Origin: Trichinella spiralis
Taxonomy: Eukaryota
Direction of reading: 5' to 3'
Length of the DNA: 41,806 nt
NCBI RefSeq assembly: GCF_000181795.1
Contig: NW_003526945.1
Location: 5,675,503-5,717,308 of the forward strand
Shown: piece by piece, positions 27,214 to 40,060 of the stretch
How the letters are laid out: the number at the start of each line of letters is the position of its first letter
Position numbering within the stretch: position 1 is the first letter of the stretch
The notes under the pieces: generated by a model
The model's database searches: none
Told to the model about the DNA's origin: nothing
What the model saw: only the letters and a program-made list of their open reading frames with translations
Made by a program: the position numbers and the translations under genes

Positions 27214-30200
27214 ATGGACAAAGATTTGTACGGAATTTTTGTCAAAATTGTTGAGGTCAGTGTCATTTTTTAAATATTTATCTTGAATTATCGCGATTGT
27301 CAGTTTTAATCAGTTTAAACTTTTCAGTTGATTATGAATTAAATGTATTGTCAATGATTCAATAGAATATTTTCTTTGTAAATTTGGTCAGTTTTACATT
27401 TATTTTTTTCAGGGAAAGTCTCCAACAAATATCTGCATGTTTGATCGAGCGGTTTGTTTTTTTTGTTTATTTGCTTGAAATTTTATAATTTAATAATTTA
27501 GGATTACTATTTTTGTATTGGTGATGATGCATTTTATATTGCAAAGGAAATCTTGAAAACAGTAACAATTTTAAAGCATATTTTAGTGGAAGGTGAGTTT
27601 GTTGTTCCATATTTATATTAGAATTGTATTTATTCTTTCAATCCATGGTGATAGTTTGTTAAGTTTATTACACAGAACTGAACTGTATATAAGGTTTTAT
27701 GTTCAAATGTCTGTTTTTCTTTATACTGTTGAAATTGTTGTTAACATAAGCGTGAAATTTGATGCTTTCAGAATTTTTTAACCATATATTTTGAAATTTT
27801 TAGTCTTTGACGGCTGTATTCAAGCAATTCTATACAATTCACAGGAGGTGAATACTCCTTTTACCGTATAAGAAAATCAAGCTCAAGCATGACTTTATGG
27901 GCATAATGTTGATAAAAATATTTACCATTTTTTAAGATTTTATTTTTAAAATTGAATTGTTTAATCGTCATATAAAATTGTGAATAGTTTTATGCAGTAG
28001 AAATTAATTTACATTTATGTTTCTGGGAAAATGTATTTAAATGCGATTTTTGAATTAAGCTGTATATTGTCATGGAATGGAATTTCTGTTGGTCTAGTTT
28101 ATGTTGTCGAAAGATACTGTTTTATTTTTTATTTGAAAATATTTCTGTAGGTGTACCACAGCAATATATAACTTTAAACAAGAACACGTTTGAGCGAGTA
28201 GTTCGAGAACTGCTGCTTGTTCATCTTTATCGAATAGAAGTTTACCGTTGTTCGTCCACTCGGTCCCAAGATTGGGAACTTAGTGCAAAAGTAGTTGTGA
28301 AAACCCACTGATATTGATTTTCAATGTGTAATTTTTTTTCCCAACGTTTACATGTTCAGGCATCACCTGGATACATAAGAGAATTTGAAAATATTTTGAC
28401 CAACTGCGAAGAACTTCAAGAGCAAAGTCGTATTCTGGCGTTTAAAATAACAGAAGAGGCTGGAAATATTTGCAAATTGGTATTTTATTTTTAAATTATG
28501 AAGAGTCGATTTGATTTGATTTGATTTGATTTAATTTGGAAAATGTCATTTAATTTTAGAACGTATCTATGGTTTGTTGCGATCTTTTCTATCACACATT
28601 TCAAATCTGCGACATTCTCGACAATGATAATTTAGCAAATTTCAAAGTGATAATTCAATTGTTTGCTTCAACAATAAATGATGATTTTTAAATTTTGCAA
28701 TTTAGCGAATTTTGACTCAATTACGACCGAAAGAGTGTTTAACCGTTGATTCATCGGTCACTTTGAACCAGATGAGGAAGAACATCTTTGCTCAAATTGC
28801 TATTCCCGTTACCACGTTGAAAAAAAGTTTGTTGTCTATTTTTCTGTTGATGAATGAATGAATTAATTTTTCAAAGATGATTTTAATTCATCTAACGTTT
28901 TGAACGATCTGGACATGTTGGTGAAATTTAAAAAAGGTTCCCACGGTTTCTGCGGATCGCTGCGTACGTTGTGCCATTTTGTTTATTTAATTATTTTTGA
29001 AAATGATTTTTTTTCTTTTCAGCCGAAATGAAAGTGTCCGATTCGACTTTGCAATGCTTTGCCGGATTAATCAAATATTTCGGATTGGTGAACGATGATT
29101 GTTTTCTCAAGCAGTTTCAAATCCAATACTTCACCCCTGAGAAGCACCTTCGTGTCGAATGGTCCACTTTTGAGAGTTTGAATTTGTTCCGATTTGGTGG
29201 TATTTTTTTGGAAAAAAAATTCTATTTCATCAATTAATTATCTTTTATCAAGGAGAAAAATCTGCTGACAATTTGTACGGAATTTTGAATCACTGCCAGA
29301 CCGCTGTTGGGCAAAGACTGTTGCACGAATATTTGAAAATGCCTCTCTTGGATAAGAATAAAATTGGTAAAATAAGCGAGTTCGAGTTGTTTAATTTTAG
29401 AAAAGCAAAAAGAATGGATTTCAGACGAACGACTGGATATTGTCGATTTGTTTGTTCAGAATGGTGAAATACGGAACATCCTGCAACAGGAGTTGCTGTG
29501 CCGTTTCCCGGATCTGCATCGCCTGTGCAGAAAGTTTGTCATCAAGCGAGCTGGTCTACCGGTGAGCATTGACAATTGTGCAATTCAGTTACTTTTCAAT
29601 TATCCTTGTACAGGAAGTTTACAAAGTTTACAGCGCGGTGAACTGCGCATCCGATATGTTGAAACTGTTGGACAAGATGAATACTTCTGTAATTAAGGAC
29701 AATTTCACCGAACCCCTTTTGGTTTGTTTCATTTGTTTATTGGTGAATTTCAATTGTTGTTCACTCACTTGTTTCACTTTATTATATAGATTACGTTGGA
29801 CGATTTTCGAAAACTCACGGAAATGGTGTCCATGACTTTGGATCTTGACTGTATTGCCAGAACTGGAGAATACCGAGTGAAACCAGAGTTTAGTCAATTT
29901 TTGCAAGGTATGAATTATTTATTGTTTTTTCTTCTTCTGCATAATCGCATGTTTATTATTCCAGATTTGAATAATTGTATGCAAAATATTGACCAAAAGA
30001 TGACTTCTTATTTGACGAAGGTGTTTTCTTTAAATTTAATTAAGTTAATGTTGTGAATTTTCGGTTGAAAATATCATCTATTTAGGCAATGAAAATTTAT
30101 GGCTTCGAACATGGGAAATCGTTGAAACTTGAGTACAGTGCTCAATGGGGCCATGTTTTTCGTGTCAGCAGAAAGGTTTAATTTCACAAATTTTAAATAT

Positions 30201-31735
30201 TAAAATTTAGAATAGATTTTTGTTTCATATTTTTCATTTCATAGGATGAAAAGATCATTCGCAATCAAAAGACTGTGGAATTGTTGGATATGCAGAAAGG
30301 ATCCGTACGATTCACCGATGAAATTTTGAAGAACATGAATTCAGAAATGATGAAAGCCAAAGAAAGCTACGAAGAATTTCAAAAAAGAATTGTTGATGAG
30401 TTGGTCGCCACTGTGGGTGTGGACAAGGAAATTGTGCGATATTTTGTTTTTCTTCTTTGAATATTCCATTTGCAGCCACTTATATGGATCCTATGAAATC
30501 ACTGGCACAAGTTGTTGGTCATTTGGACGTGATGGTCTCGTTTGCCGTTGCTTCGGTCAATGCACCCGTTCAGTATGTAAGACCGAAAATTTTACAAGCG
30601 GGTATGAGAAATTTTCCAATTGGAAAACATTTTTCTGATCACTGTTCACATTGATCAGGTTCTGGAATATTGAATCTAACTCAAGCTCGACATCCGTGCT
30701 TGGAAATGCAGCCTGATGTTTCATTCATTGCTAATGATTTGAAGTTGGCAAAAGGTGAAACTGAGCTGATTATTCTTACCGGGCCGAACATGGGTGGAAA
30801 GTCGACTTATCTGCGTCAAGTATAAAATTATTTATTATTTTACACACACACACACACACAGAGAGAGAATTATTAATTTTTACAATCAAGACCGCGATGA
30901 TTATCATCATGGCTCAGATGGGTTGCTTTGTTCCTTGTCAAGAAGCGACTATCAGTATTTTGGACGCAGTATATACACGAATTGGTGCATCGGACAATCA
31001 GTACAAAGGGTTATCAACATTCATGACTGAAATGGTAGAAGTATCTGAAATACTGGAAGTAAATTATTATTATTTTTTGATTTTTGACTTATCTTTTATG
31101 CCTTTGCATTTTCCATTGAAATGGTATTTTTTTTGTTCTTGTTTTTAGCTTCCGTCTGAAAATTCTCTGATTGTCATTGATGAATTAGGTAGGGGAACGT
31201 CTACCTTCGACGGATTGGGTATTGCTTGGGCTGTGGCTGAGTGAGAAGAAGAAAATAATAATAATAAGAGGATGCATATTTTGTTTTGTCGTTTTCAGAA
31301 CAATAGCGACAAAAGTGAGAGCGTTTTGCTTGTTTGCAAGCCACTTTTACGAGATGACGATGATGGCATCCGAACTGCTCACGGTTAAGAATTATCAAGC
31401 ATTGGCGACATTTGCTGACAGCAATCTCGTACTGTTGTACAAGATCAAACCTGGTCAGCATCGTGATTGTCGTTCAGTTTTGCCAATTAATTCTGTTGTT
31501 GTTTTTGTGGTTTGCTAATAGGTATGTGCGATCGCAGCTATGGAATCAACGTTGCCGAAATGGTCGGCTTTCCGGATATTGTGCTTAAGGTATTGTCGAA
31601 TTATGATGATGACAATGGGATGAAATGATTTTACCGAACAAATTTTCATTGCAGGAAGCGTGGAAAGAAGCCAGGCGATTGGAAGCACACCGACATGGTG
31701 GCACCACTGATGAAGATGGAAATGATCAGCAGTGA
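27214..31735 (+). CDS. msh-2: DNA mismatch repair protein MutS homolog 2, about 23 exons
   Basis: [59 protein letters not shown], Walker [45 protein letters not shown], Walker [38 protein letters not shown]. All exons join with GT-AG introns. Stop at 31733-31735, or a few residues later via an acceptor at 31796. Confidence 0.96.
28508..28532. repeat. (GATTT)5 microsatellite in an msh-2 intron
   Basis: Direct read of the tandem pentamer. Confidence 0.9.
30842..30868. repeat. Compound (AC)n(GA)n microsatellite in an msh-2 intron
   Basis: Direct read: acacacacacacacacacagagagaga. Confidence 0.9.
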
Positions 31736-32758
31736 AAAAGGAAAGAAATCGGAACGTTGTTTTGTGCAGTTTAGACATTAATCTTTCTTCAAACAGATTG
31801 AAGATAAAATGAGTAATATCTTTACTTTGTGTGATTTTTAATATTTTTTAATGCAACTGTTGATAACCAAATCTGAACATTGTGTATTTATTTTTCTATT
31901 TCAATGTTTTTTTTTGCTTTTTCTTCTCTTTATTCTCAATAATTATGAAGTTTTATGCAAGACTCTTTTTTAACTGATTGCAGTAGTGGAATTTTACATG
32001 ATTTTTATACATCTGATTTAAAACTTACCATATTATTAATGTGGATTAAAATCAGCGAGAATCACGAAACCAAATAATAAAATTACTTTGTTGAATTGTG
32101 CCATAGATTTGAGAATATTTTTTCAAAGTTATCTTTTGAAAACTGATTTTTTTGACATGTGAAGATGTTTTTAATGACATCATTGTTTATTTATTATTGC
32201 ATTTAAAAATTTATAAACATGGTTTACATTGTTGGTTCCGATACAAAGTCTGCCTACTAAATGAAGATGCATTTCATGTAATAGAATGTTGTTATGTAAT
32301 GCAATGTACTTTATGACAGTACTGATAATAATAATAATAATATCTAATTGAATTATTGTCGACAGTTGTTAACAGTGCATTGCTGTTAAGAGCAGTGGTA
32401 GAGAAAAGTCATTTTTGAATGGCACGCGCGCAAAGATTAAAAATGATTGGCCATCGTTGGTCAAGTCCCGTCGGACCGTTCAAGAACATCAGCGTTGAGC
32501 AATTCATTGAAATCAATTGATAACCCCCGTCTGGCGTCTTAATTGAAAAGTATTGAACAATTTATCTCGCTTAAGACTCAGTTTTGAAAATTAATGCGTT
32601 GCCATCTGACACCAGCGCAAGTATGTCGATCCCAAGCGATGCTCCATATGTCAGACAATCACCAAACTGGGTACTTGGAACTTGGGGCAGTTGGAAGATG
32701 ATTATTTCACTTTCAGAAAAAGGTTGTTCTCGCATTGTCTTTCGATAATATCGGTTGT

Positions 32759-34992
32759 ATGTTTCGAATAGCAAATTTGTTGAATTTGAACGAACAGACC
32801 CGAAACTCACCGGCTAATAGTAAAATTACAGTCCAACTGCCGGATTCTGTAGATCACGCGACAAAAGCAAAGGCGACGAACCCGGGTGTGGTGGAACCCT
32901 GCCCTTTGCCGGTTGTATTTTTCAGTGTTTCCAATGAAAGTATGCGATGGCCTTTGCGTACATGCCCGGTTGATGAAACGCTATGGAGACGAGAGAACAC
33001 GTACAACGGTCTGTACTGGACGCCGTTCAATTCTGTATCACCTGTTTTTTGCGGTATGTTACCAAATGCTCGTTAAATTCATACAAATATTCGTCCATTT
33101 ATCAGTTTTCATATTAATGGCTTGACAAGCTTGTAAATTGAATTTTTTCTTTTTTATCAGATAAATAAATTTAAATTATTAAATTTAAAATTTTCCCTCA
33201 ATCATACCGTCATACCCTTTACAAAAGTGGATTTCTATATAATATGAACAAATGCATATACCCTTTTATGGTTTAGTTATTTTGGGGTAACCATAATTAG
33301 TGGAGAATAAAGATGAATTTAAAAATTCAATTATAATTTAACTAGGCTTTATTGAACAATGCAAAGCGTTGCAGTTGCATCGGTTGAATAATTTCGGATC
33401 TTATTTTGGACGTTAAATTGAAATGCAATGTGTGCGATTTTTTTTAATTTTTACTGTTTATCAAATGGTATTTCAATAAACAGCTTGAACAAGCATATTT
33501 CTACTAGAATTTCAAATAAATCGTTTTGGAAAAACACTACTAGAAGAAACACTACAAAATTAAATATTACAGAATGACTGTATAATTTGATGTGCAAGCA
33601 AGTTTTAACTCAAAATCTTAGACTAAAAAGGAAAAAATGAAATGTAAAAACAAAATAAATAACAATTTTGAAAAATCAAATCAATATAAAATGGAAAATA
33701 ATAATTGCAAATATTATTTGTTTGCATTAAAAAAAGTGATTAATTTTTTCTAACAGCACTCATTTAGCAGCTTAAAACGGCAAAAGTATAGAATAATTGC
33801 TTGTTCTTTCTTTTATTCATTAGTGTTCTTTTTTTGAACAATAATCGGTCATCGATGAGATTTGCAATGAAATTTTGAATTTGGTCACAAATAATTTAAA
33901 TTTGTCAGCAAGAAATCGGCCAATGCTGTTGAAAATCATCACAAAGCCTCTTAGGAAAGGTTTAATCAGATTTGAAAGAAAACTATATGTAAATAATTGC
34001 ACTTGAATTGCACTGAATTGGTCGAAACGAAAGTGTGGGGGGCTTTTTGTGGGCATAAGAAAAAGAGCAGTGAATTTTTCTCAAGAGAATTATCTCGAAC
34101 TTTGAAGTGCGTTGTTATACGTATGGTCAACCATCTTTTCGACGCTCAAGCAATTATAAGAACAGATGACATTTTTCAATCAATCCAACACTCATCGCAC
34201 CCAGTAGAATTACAGAAGAAAAATATCGACTCATATTTGTAAAATTAAATCTTCTTCAACTTATGCGCTAGAAAACCGCAACTAAACCAATATCCCTTCT
34301 GATCAGAGAATTTTGACGCATTTTAACTTCTCATCAGGGAATGAGTGAACAATCTGTTGTGCATCTCATTTTTAAATTTGTTAAATTTCCAAAATATTTA
34401 TCGAAAGAAATCATTTCAACATGCCATCCATTACTGCTTTTTAATTTTCACTCCACTGATAACATGCATGATTTTGACTTTTGAAAATTAATTCTATTTT
34501 GATCTGTTAATTTGATTATATCTGTGCAAATAAATGTATCCAAAATGCAATTTGTGAAATATTTCGTTGAACGAAGTCGTTTCAATATCATTATATGATG
34601 CACGATTACAAGATCAACAATTGTGAGTATTAATCAGAAAAAATTTTCAAGGATCTTCAAGATGTATGAAACAACGAAGACCTAGAACATCATTTACAAG
34701 TCAGCAGCTGGTTGAATTGGAGAGCAAGTTCAAAGAATTCAAATATTTGTCTAGACCGCAGCGGTATGAAATTGCAACCGCGTTGTCGCTGAGTGAAAAT
34801 CAGGTAATAAATGCACTGCAATTTTAACATTGTACCCAAAACTGTAAAAGTATACATTTTAAGGTCAAAATTTGGTTCCAAAATCGGCGAATGAAATGGA
34901 AAAGATATCGCATGGCGGAGAGAGAGAAAGAAAAAGAAGCCAATTTCTGCAAAAACCACGGAACATCTAAAGTGACTTGTGATACTTCATAA
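32759..34992 (+). CDS. ceh-12: MNX/HB9 (exex/ceh-12-type) homeobox transcription factor, ~191 aa
   Basis: Exons 32759-33053, 34652-34803, 34864-34992 are in frame. N-terminal eh1 motif MFRIANLL (cf. FRIDALL in MNX1). Homeodomain [59 protein letters not shown] carries the MNX-type RRPRT.FTSQQL and YLSRP.R and the usual Q|V intron. Confidence 0.88.
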
Positions 34993-35689
34993 TAAAAGAA
35001 AAATATTCTCATTTCAGTCTGAAAATTCATACTTTCAATAAATACGATTATGTTTCGACTATTGGACATTTTTTCAAAAATTCTTATGCAAATGTAGTTA
35101 TGCAGTATGCATTTTTCGCACAAGTCTAATTGTTTTATTACAGAAATCATTGTGATTTTTAGTATAGAAAAATAAATTTTGTATCATTTGTTATGCTTTT
35201 AAAAGAAACTTTTATTAGTTTAAAATTAAAACATAAAAAATTTTATTGACCTGTTCAGCGTCCGTAAACTGTTTGATAGGTGAGATAACAAATTTTATTG
35301 ATGAATTTTTAGTACGCTAATTTGAAAAATTGATAACAATGATGGAGCAATAATTTCATTTGTCAGAATAATAATAGTATGCAAATTTGATAATAATCAT
35401 GAGAAAGTATTAAAATGGATTTTTTAAAACAATTATAAGCAGGAATGCAAAACATTTTAAATTGTTTAATACTTTAAAAATTAGCAAGCTCTGCATTTCC
35501 CACTAGACAGTGAGTGAGTGCAACGTAATACGGAAGAAAGAATGAAACTTTTTTCTGTAATCAAACTTGCGAAAATTTTCAAATCAAACAAGCATGAAGT
35601 GAATATTCATTTAATCAGCAACATGCCTTCAAACTCAATTGACATAAATGTTCACAAAAATAAGCCATTTCGATGCATTGATGACCCGT

Positions 35690-37040
35690 AGAATTAGTTC
35701 CAAGCTTCTCATTGTACCTCGGGCACTTTTGCACCAGTTATGACAGGTCTAACCATATCACTGGTATGACGAATCAACAAGTCCAAGGTACTGGTTCCCA
35801 GGCCGGAGAACGTGATACGCATGTCAGTGCTCAGATGTTCGTGGATGTTCCTCAAAGTCTGCATTGCAAAGCAAATCAGCATGTACGAAAGACAGCTGAC
35901 GCGTGCGGGCGTGTAGCGGCTGGCTGATAGATGCAGCATGATGTGCGATGGCGTATCACGGATTTGTGTTTATACCCGGAAATCCAGTCAGATGTTCTGC
36001 GTAGTCCTTCGTAAAAAAGGCGATGGAGCCCAGATTAGGCGCGTTTACCAGCTGGGTGCGCTGCAGGTTCAATGCACTGAAATTCCTTGATTGATGAAGC
36101 GTTGGTTTTTCACGTCGAGCAGCAGGGAGTGTTCAAAGAGCAAGTCGGTACTGAGCATCGGTTGCGACTGTCAAACGACTTTATTCTACTGTTATATGTT
36201 GCCAGCAGTGGGCGAGCTGGTACTGCAGTACGCATTCGGATGCTGCTGAGATGGACGACACTAAACTTTACCCCTGGAGTAGAGCAAACGCAGTATATAG
36301 TTCTCGCGAAGTGGGCACCAGTTCCTTGTTGAAATTCACTCGATTTTTGCCACTACTGGTGGGGAGCGTGATCATTTCTGGGATAATCCCAAAGTGGGAG
36401 GCAACTGAGAGCCTTTGGGCCCCACTTACGTTGGTAGAAGCTCCATTGAGCATTGTTGACTATGACAGGTTTCTTCGAAGACAGTGGATTGCGTGGGCGG
36501 GTGTGCAACAGACTAATAGTGGTTAGGTGTTGTTATTTCACTTGCCGCATTATGTTAGCGTGAAGGTCAGGTGTTGATGAAACTGGCGTTCCAAAGTATC
36601 AGACGGATGTCGGTCGTCATCTGCTCCAGCAACATTTTCCAGAAGAAGAAACACGGTTCATGCCAATCCAGCATGGCCAGCATTTGACTGATTATCTGGG
36701 ACGGTGTGCGGTCACCCAACCCGTTTACATGTATGGTTCGCTTTTGCTTCGAACAAAACGCTTCGTCAGAACTCGTTTTATGCTTTTCTATTTATCCGTA
36801 GCAAGTGGATGGTGAAGGAAGTCGGTGATTCAGCACGCAGTGCCCTGATCCGACCTAGTAGTACATGGTTAGATCGGTAAAAATTTGGTGGATGTCCAAC
36901 TGCGCCTCAATTTGCTTGAACCACACCTGTCATTAGGATATCCAATTCGTGGAAAGCTTCATCGAAACTGTGCTCTCGCTTTGTAAATTCAACCTGACCA
37001 ACACACACGTTTATCCAAACGATCTTGAATTCGCAGAATT
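35690..37040 (-). mobile_element. Decayed Ty3/gypsy-type LTR retrotransposon remnant (gag, protease, pre-RT linker)
   Basis: GC-richer block. Minus-strand fragments in the expected order, with stops and frameshifts: gag QVWFKQIEAQLDIHQIFTDLTMYY* (~36930-36860), KRVLTKRF and LGDRTPSQIISQM..MLLEQMTTDIR (~36780-36605); protease end QPMLSTDLLFEHSLLLDVKNQRFI (~36165-36095); linker QPLHARTRQL (~35925-35890). No paired LTRs seen; 35690-35880 is unassigned. Confidence 0.8.
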
Positions 37041-38385
37041 CGCAATTTTCATTTGTCAAAATACTATTTCATTTCTCATCATCAAAATTCACTATAAAAA
37101 TTGAATTATTGTATTATATTTTTAATTTTATTATGAACACTGCAGTAGCATTTCTTTGATGAAAATTTGCATATTATCAATATCACTGCACACGGTATGA
37201 TATTACGCTTGATTATCATTTTGTACTATTCATCTATTATTCAGTCGACATGCATAAATAGATGGAGAGTTGAATATTTTTGACTGTTTTTAGATATGAT
37301 GTTGGCATTGTGTGTAGGTGATGTTAAAATTTTCCGGCTTAATTTCTGATGGTTATTAACAACTGTCTTTTGTCTGCTTTTTGGGACATGCAAATTTCCT
37401 TTCTGCTAATATTTTATCGTGTTGAACTATTTGATAGTTGTCAAACGTTGAGTGATTCAGCTGCAGGGATAGCAGAGGATAGTAAACGCTGCCTCTAATT
37501 ATGTTATTGGCGGAAGAACCCTTTCGCATTTTCAATATGCAACCGATTGTAAGTGAATTGAAGCCCACTGGTAACGTGGTTAAGAAATTCTGAACAAGCA
37601 AAATAGTAATGTATTTTGTTTACAATATTAGATTGATTTCTCATCATGCGTGTGGCTACGTTTTACGGCATGGAATGTTACATAGCAGCACTCTGAATTC
37701 TTAGAATAAGCGTATTTACATGTAATTTTCCGGCTGTAGCATATAGTACGGATGTAATAAGCTCTTTTAGTTGAATTAAGTCAGCGACAACCAACCACTT
37801 GTTGGATATTAGTTCATGTAGTATTCAAGCCGAAGAATATTTGTATACAATTACTTTCACGATTCGCAATATTTAATCAATATTACTGGAATTCATTTCA
37901 AGCGAAGTTTAATTTCATGATATGCATTACTATATGCTTTTAGAAGTAAATTATTTTTATTTTAATGATGAAAATGTTTACAATATGATAAAATTTAATT
38001 ATGTATTACTTAATTTTTAATTTTGAAAATATTTTTAGTTATTGTTTTTTTATTTCTATCCTTATTTATCAGATGCTAAAAACCAAGGCGATTCATGACA
38101 TAATACATTCCAATAGGTAAACACGTTAAAATCCGCCATAAGTATTCAACAGTGAAGACATGAAAAATGAGAGCAACATTACTAATAGACAGGGTAGTTC
38201 TGAGAATTGTTTCGATAAACTGATTTCACATTAGAACAGATTTCATTTTCAATCACGTAGGTTGCCTTTGTATACAGTGTCAAACTGTTAAATTATTCAT
38301 ATGTTCTGAATGTGCTTTTTACCTTTCCAATATATTTTCAAGTTATATGTTTATTATTATTATCCATAGAATTAATATCGCTACA

Positions 38386-38993
38386 ATGTCACTTTATATG
38401 TTATTTATGTTCATTTACATTTTTACTATAAATGCTAACCCTCTTAACCAATCGTATTCACAGAATTCTCAGCAAAGCAGCGATTACGTATTATTGAAAA
38501 TCAATGTTTATTCAAGTTGTACCGAATTGTTTGCTATTATGAAGAAATTATAAAAGAGTTTCTAGCCATTTCCTTGAATACAAGGCGTTTGATCAACTGA
38601 ACATATAAGTAAACATCTTCAAAGATTCATAAAAACACTAGTCTTGCAAAGATTTGTTTGGTATAAGTTGTTAATACATTTATTTGTATAGCATATGGAA
38701 TTTATTTCCACCGCTAAGTGCTAAATTACTGCTCCCTTTGAATGGCAGAATACAATCATTGCCCACATAATTGAATTCAAATTGCCACGTGTTTGCTATC
38801 AGTGAAAATGAAAATGAACATTTCTTTATAGGATATAATACTTTTTTACATGAAACATGCAGTTTCAATGCAAGATTACAAGAAGATGAATAAAGTAAAC
38901 GTTTTACTCTTGTTTCAATCAGATACGCAGCAATTTATTCCAAATATCACAATGTTCAGAAAACAAAGGAAAATGGACTAGCCAAAAGTGAGA
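38386..38993 (+). pseudogene. Probable pseudogene or fragment of a secreted protein
   Basis: ATG 17 nt after an acceptor-like CATAG; signal-peptide-like MSLYMLFMFIYIFTINA-NPLNQSYSQ. Later AG/GT-bounded exon-like blocks (~38692-38894, ~38923-38987) read as protein but carry in-frame stops. Confidence 0.35.
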
Positions 38994-39079
38994 AATATTA
39001 CACAAAACTATACAGTTTGGACAGTTTCCTATAACTATTAAAGTATAGCATTTGCTGAATATCATGCATTTTGATTCAG

Positions 39080-40060
39080 TTGAGAAGAGTTTTCGTGTCA
39101 GCAGCACTCTGCCCTGGCGTCCACCAAAACTTTGGCTTCTTCCGCCAAAATATTCCAGATCGACAACAGGAATCAACAGGTGTTTACGTCGGGATGACAT
39201 CAGCTGCGAGTATGCTATCAGCGTGTTGAAAAAGCCCTTGCTGCATGATAGAAACAACTCCGCACGCTTCGACAGGATCTATGGCCCATAAGACGTTGCA
39301 ATCAGTAGAAGAAGCGTTTTTACTGTAGGAACGCATCACCCAGTCCAACGCCTGAACGTATTGAACTGGTGGGTGGTTATTGCCAGAAATCTAGTCTGAA
39401 ATTTTGCGTTTCATTGGTATAAAAGGCGATGGAGACCAGATGAATTCTGCTGCTAAAAGCACCACTTGGCGTGGTTCACTTTGACAAGAATTTTTAAGGC
39501 GATGAACTGCGTTGGCGATTGAACAACTGTGTCCAAGTAGTGAATTCCGGCCGCAACGATTCTCCGTGAGGTACAACTCCATCGTCGTCGGTTCTCTGGG
39601 GGCGTGGGACCTGAAGAACGATGCCATGCTCCAATGGATAGGTGCTGTCTCCCAAAGGTACATGTGGCTCATGAAGGATGCTAAGATGTTGGAACATTCA
39701 ACCGAATCTACAGAAAATACCTCAGCCTGCGAGACCTTCTCCCCGAGTCTGGCACATATCTGCGACCGGTTCGCACGACGGAGGCATACCCATCCGGTGA
39801 TGATCTCCGTCAGAAGTAGCGCAATTCTACAAGCGCTAGGGCATCAGGTGGGCAATGCCTGGAACGGTGGAACACGTCACCCGTCAGGACGCCCTCGCAG
39901 CATGGTGAGCTGCAGTGCCAACTGTCCTCTGACGTTTCGCGATCCACCATCGCTGGAACAGCCCCGACCCCGCCCCATGTCCAGCCTGCACCGCGATGGA
40001 TGGGAAATCGTAGGCCCAGTGAACCCGTTTGAGAAACGCTGACGTCTCACTAGCCGCTGA
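39080..40060 (+). mobile_element. Truncated, decayed RLE-type non-LTR retrotransposon (Utopia/NeSL clade), 3' part
   Basis: 39553-39740 encodes FSVRYNSIVVGSLGAWDLKNDAMLQWIGAVSQRYMWLMK..MLEHS/RIYRKYL, matching the end of the restriction-like endonuclease of NeSL/Utopia elements (IVGaLGsWDpxN..lrxlgi.srrY..LM..SrxIY), followed by a frameshifted Pro/Arg-rich tail. 39080-39550 is GC-rich but not confidently assigned. Confidence 0.75.

Noticed and set aside
32571..32810. 79-aa minus-strand ORF
   Set aside because: Begins with GTG, has no recognisable motif and is antisense to the MNX first exon and leader.
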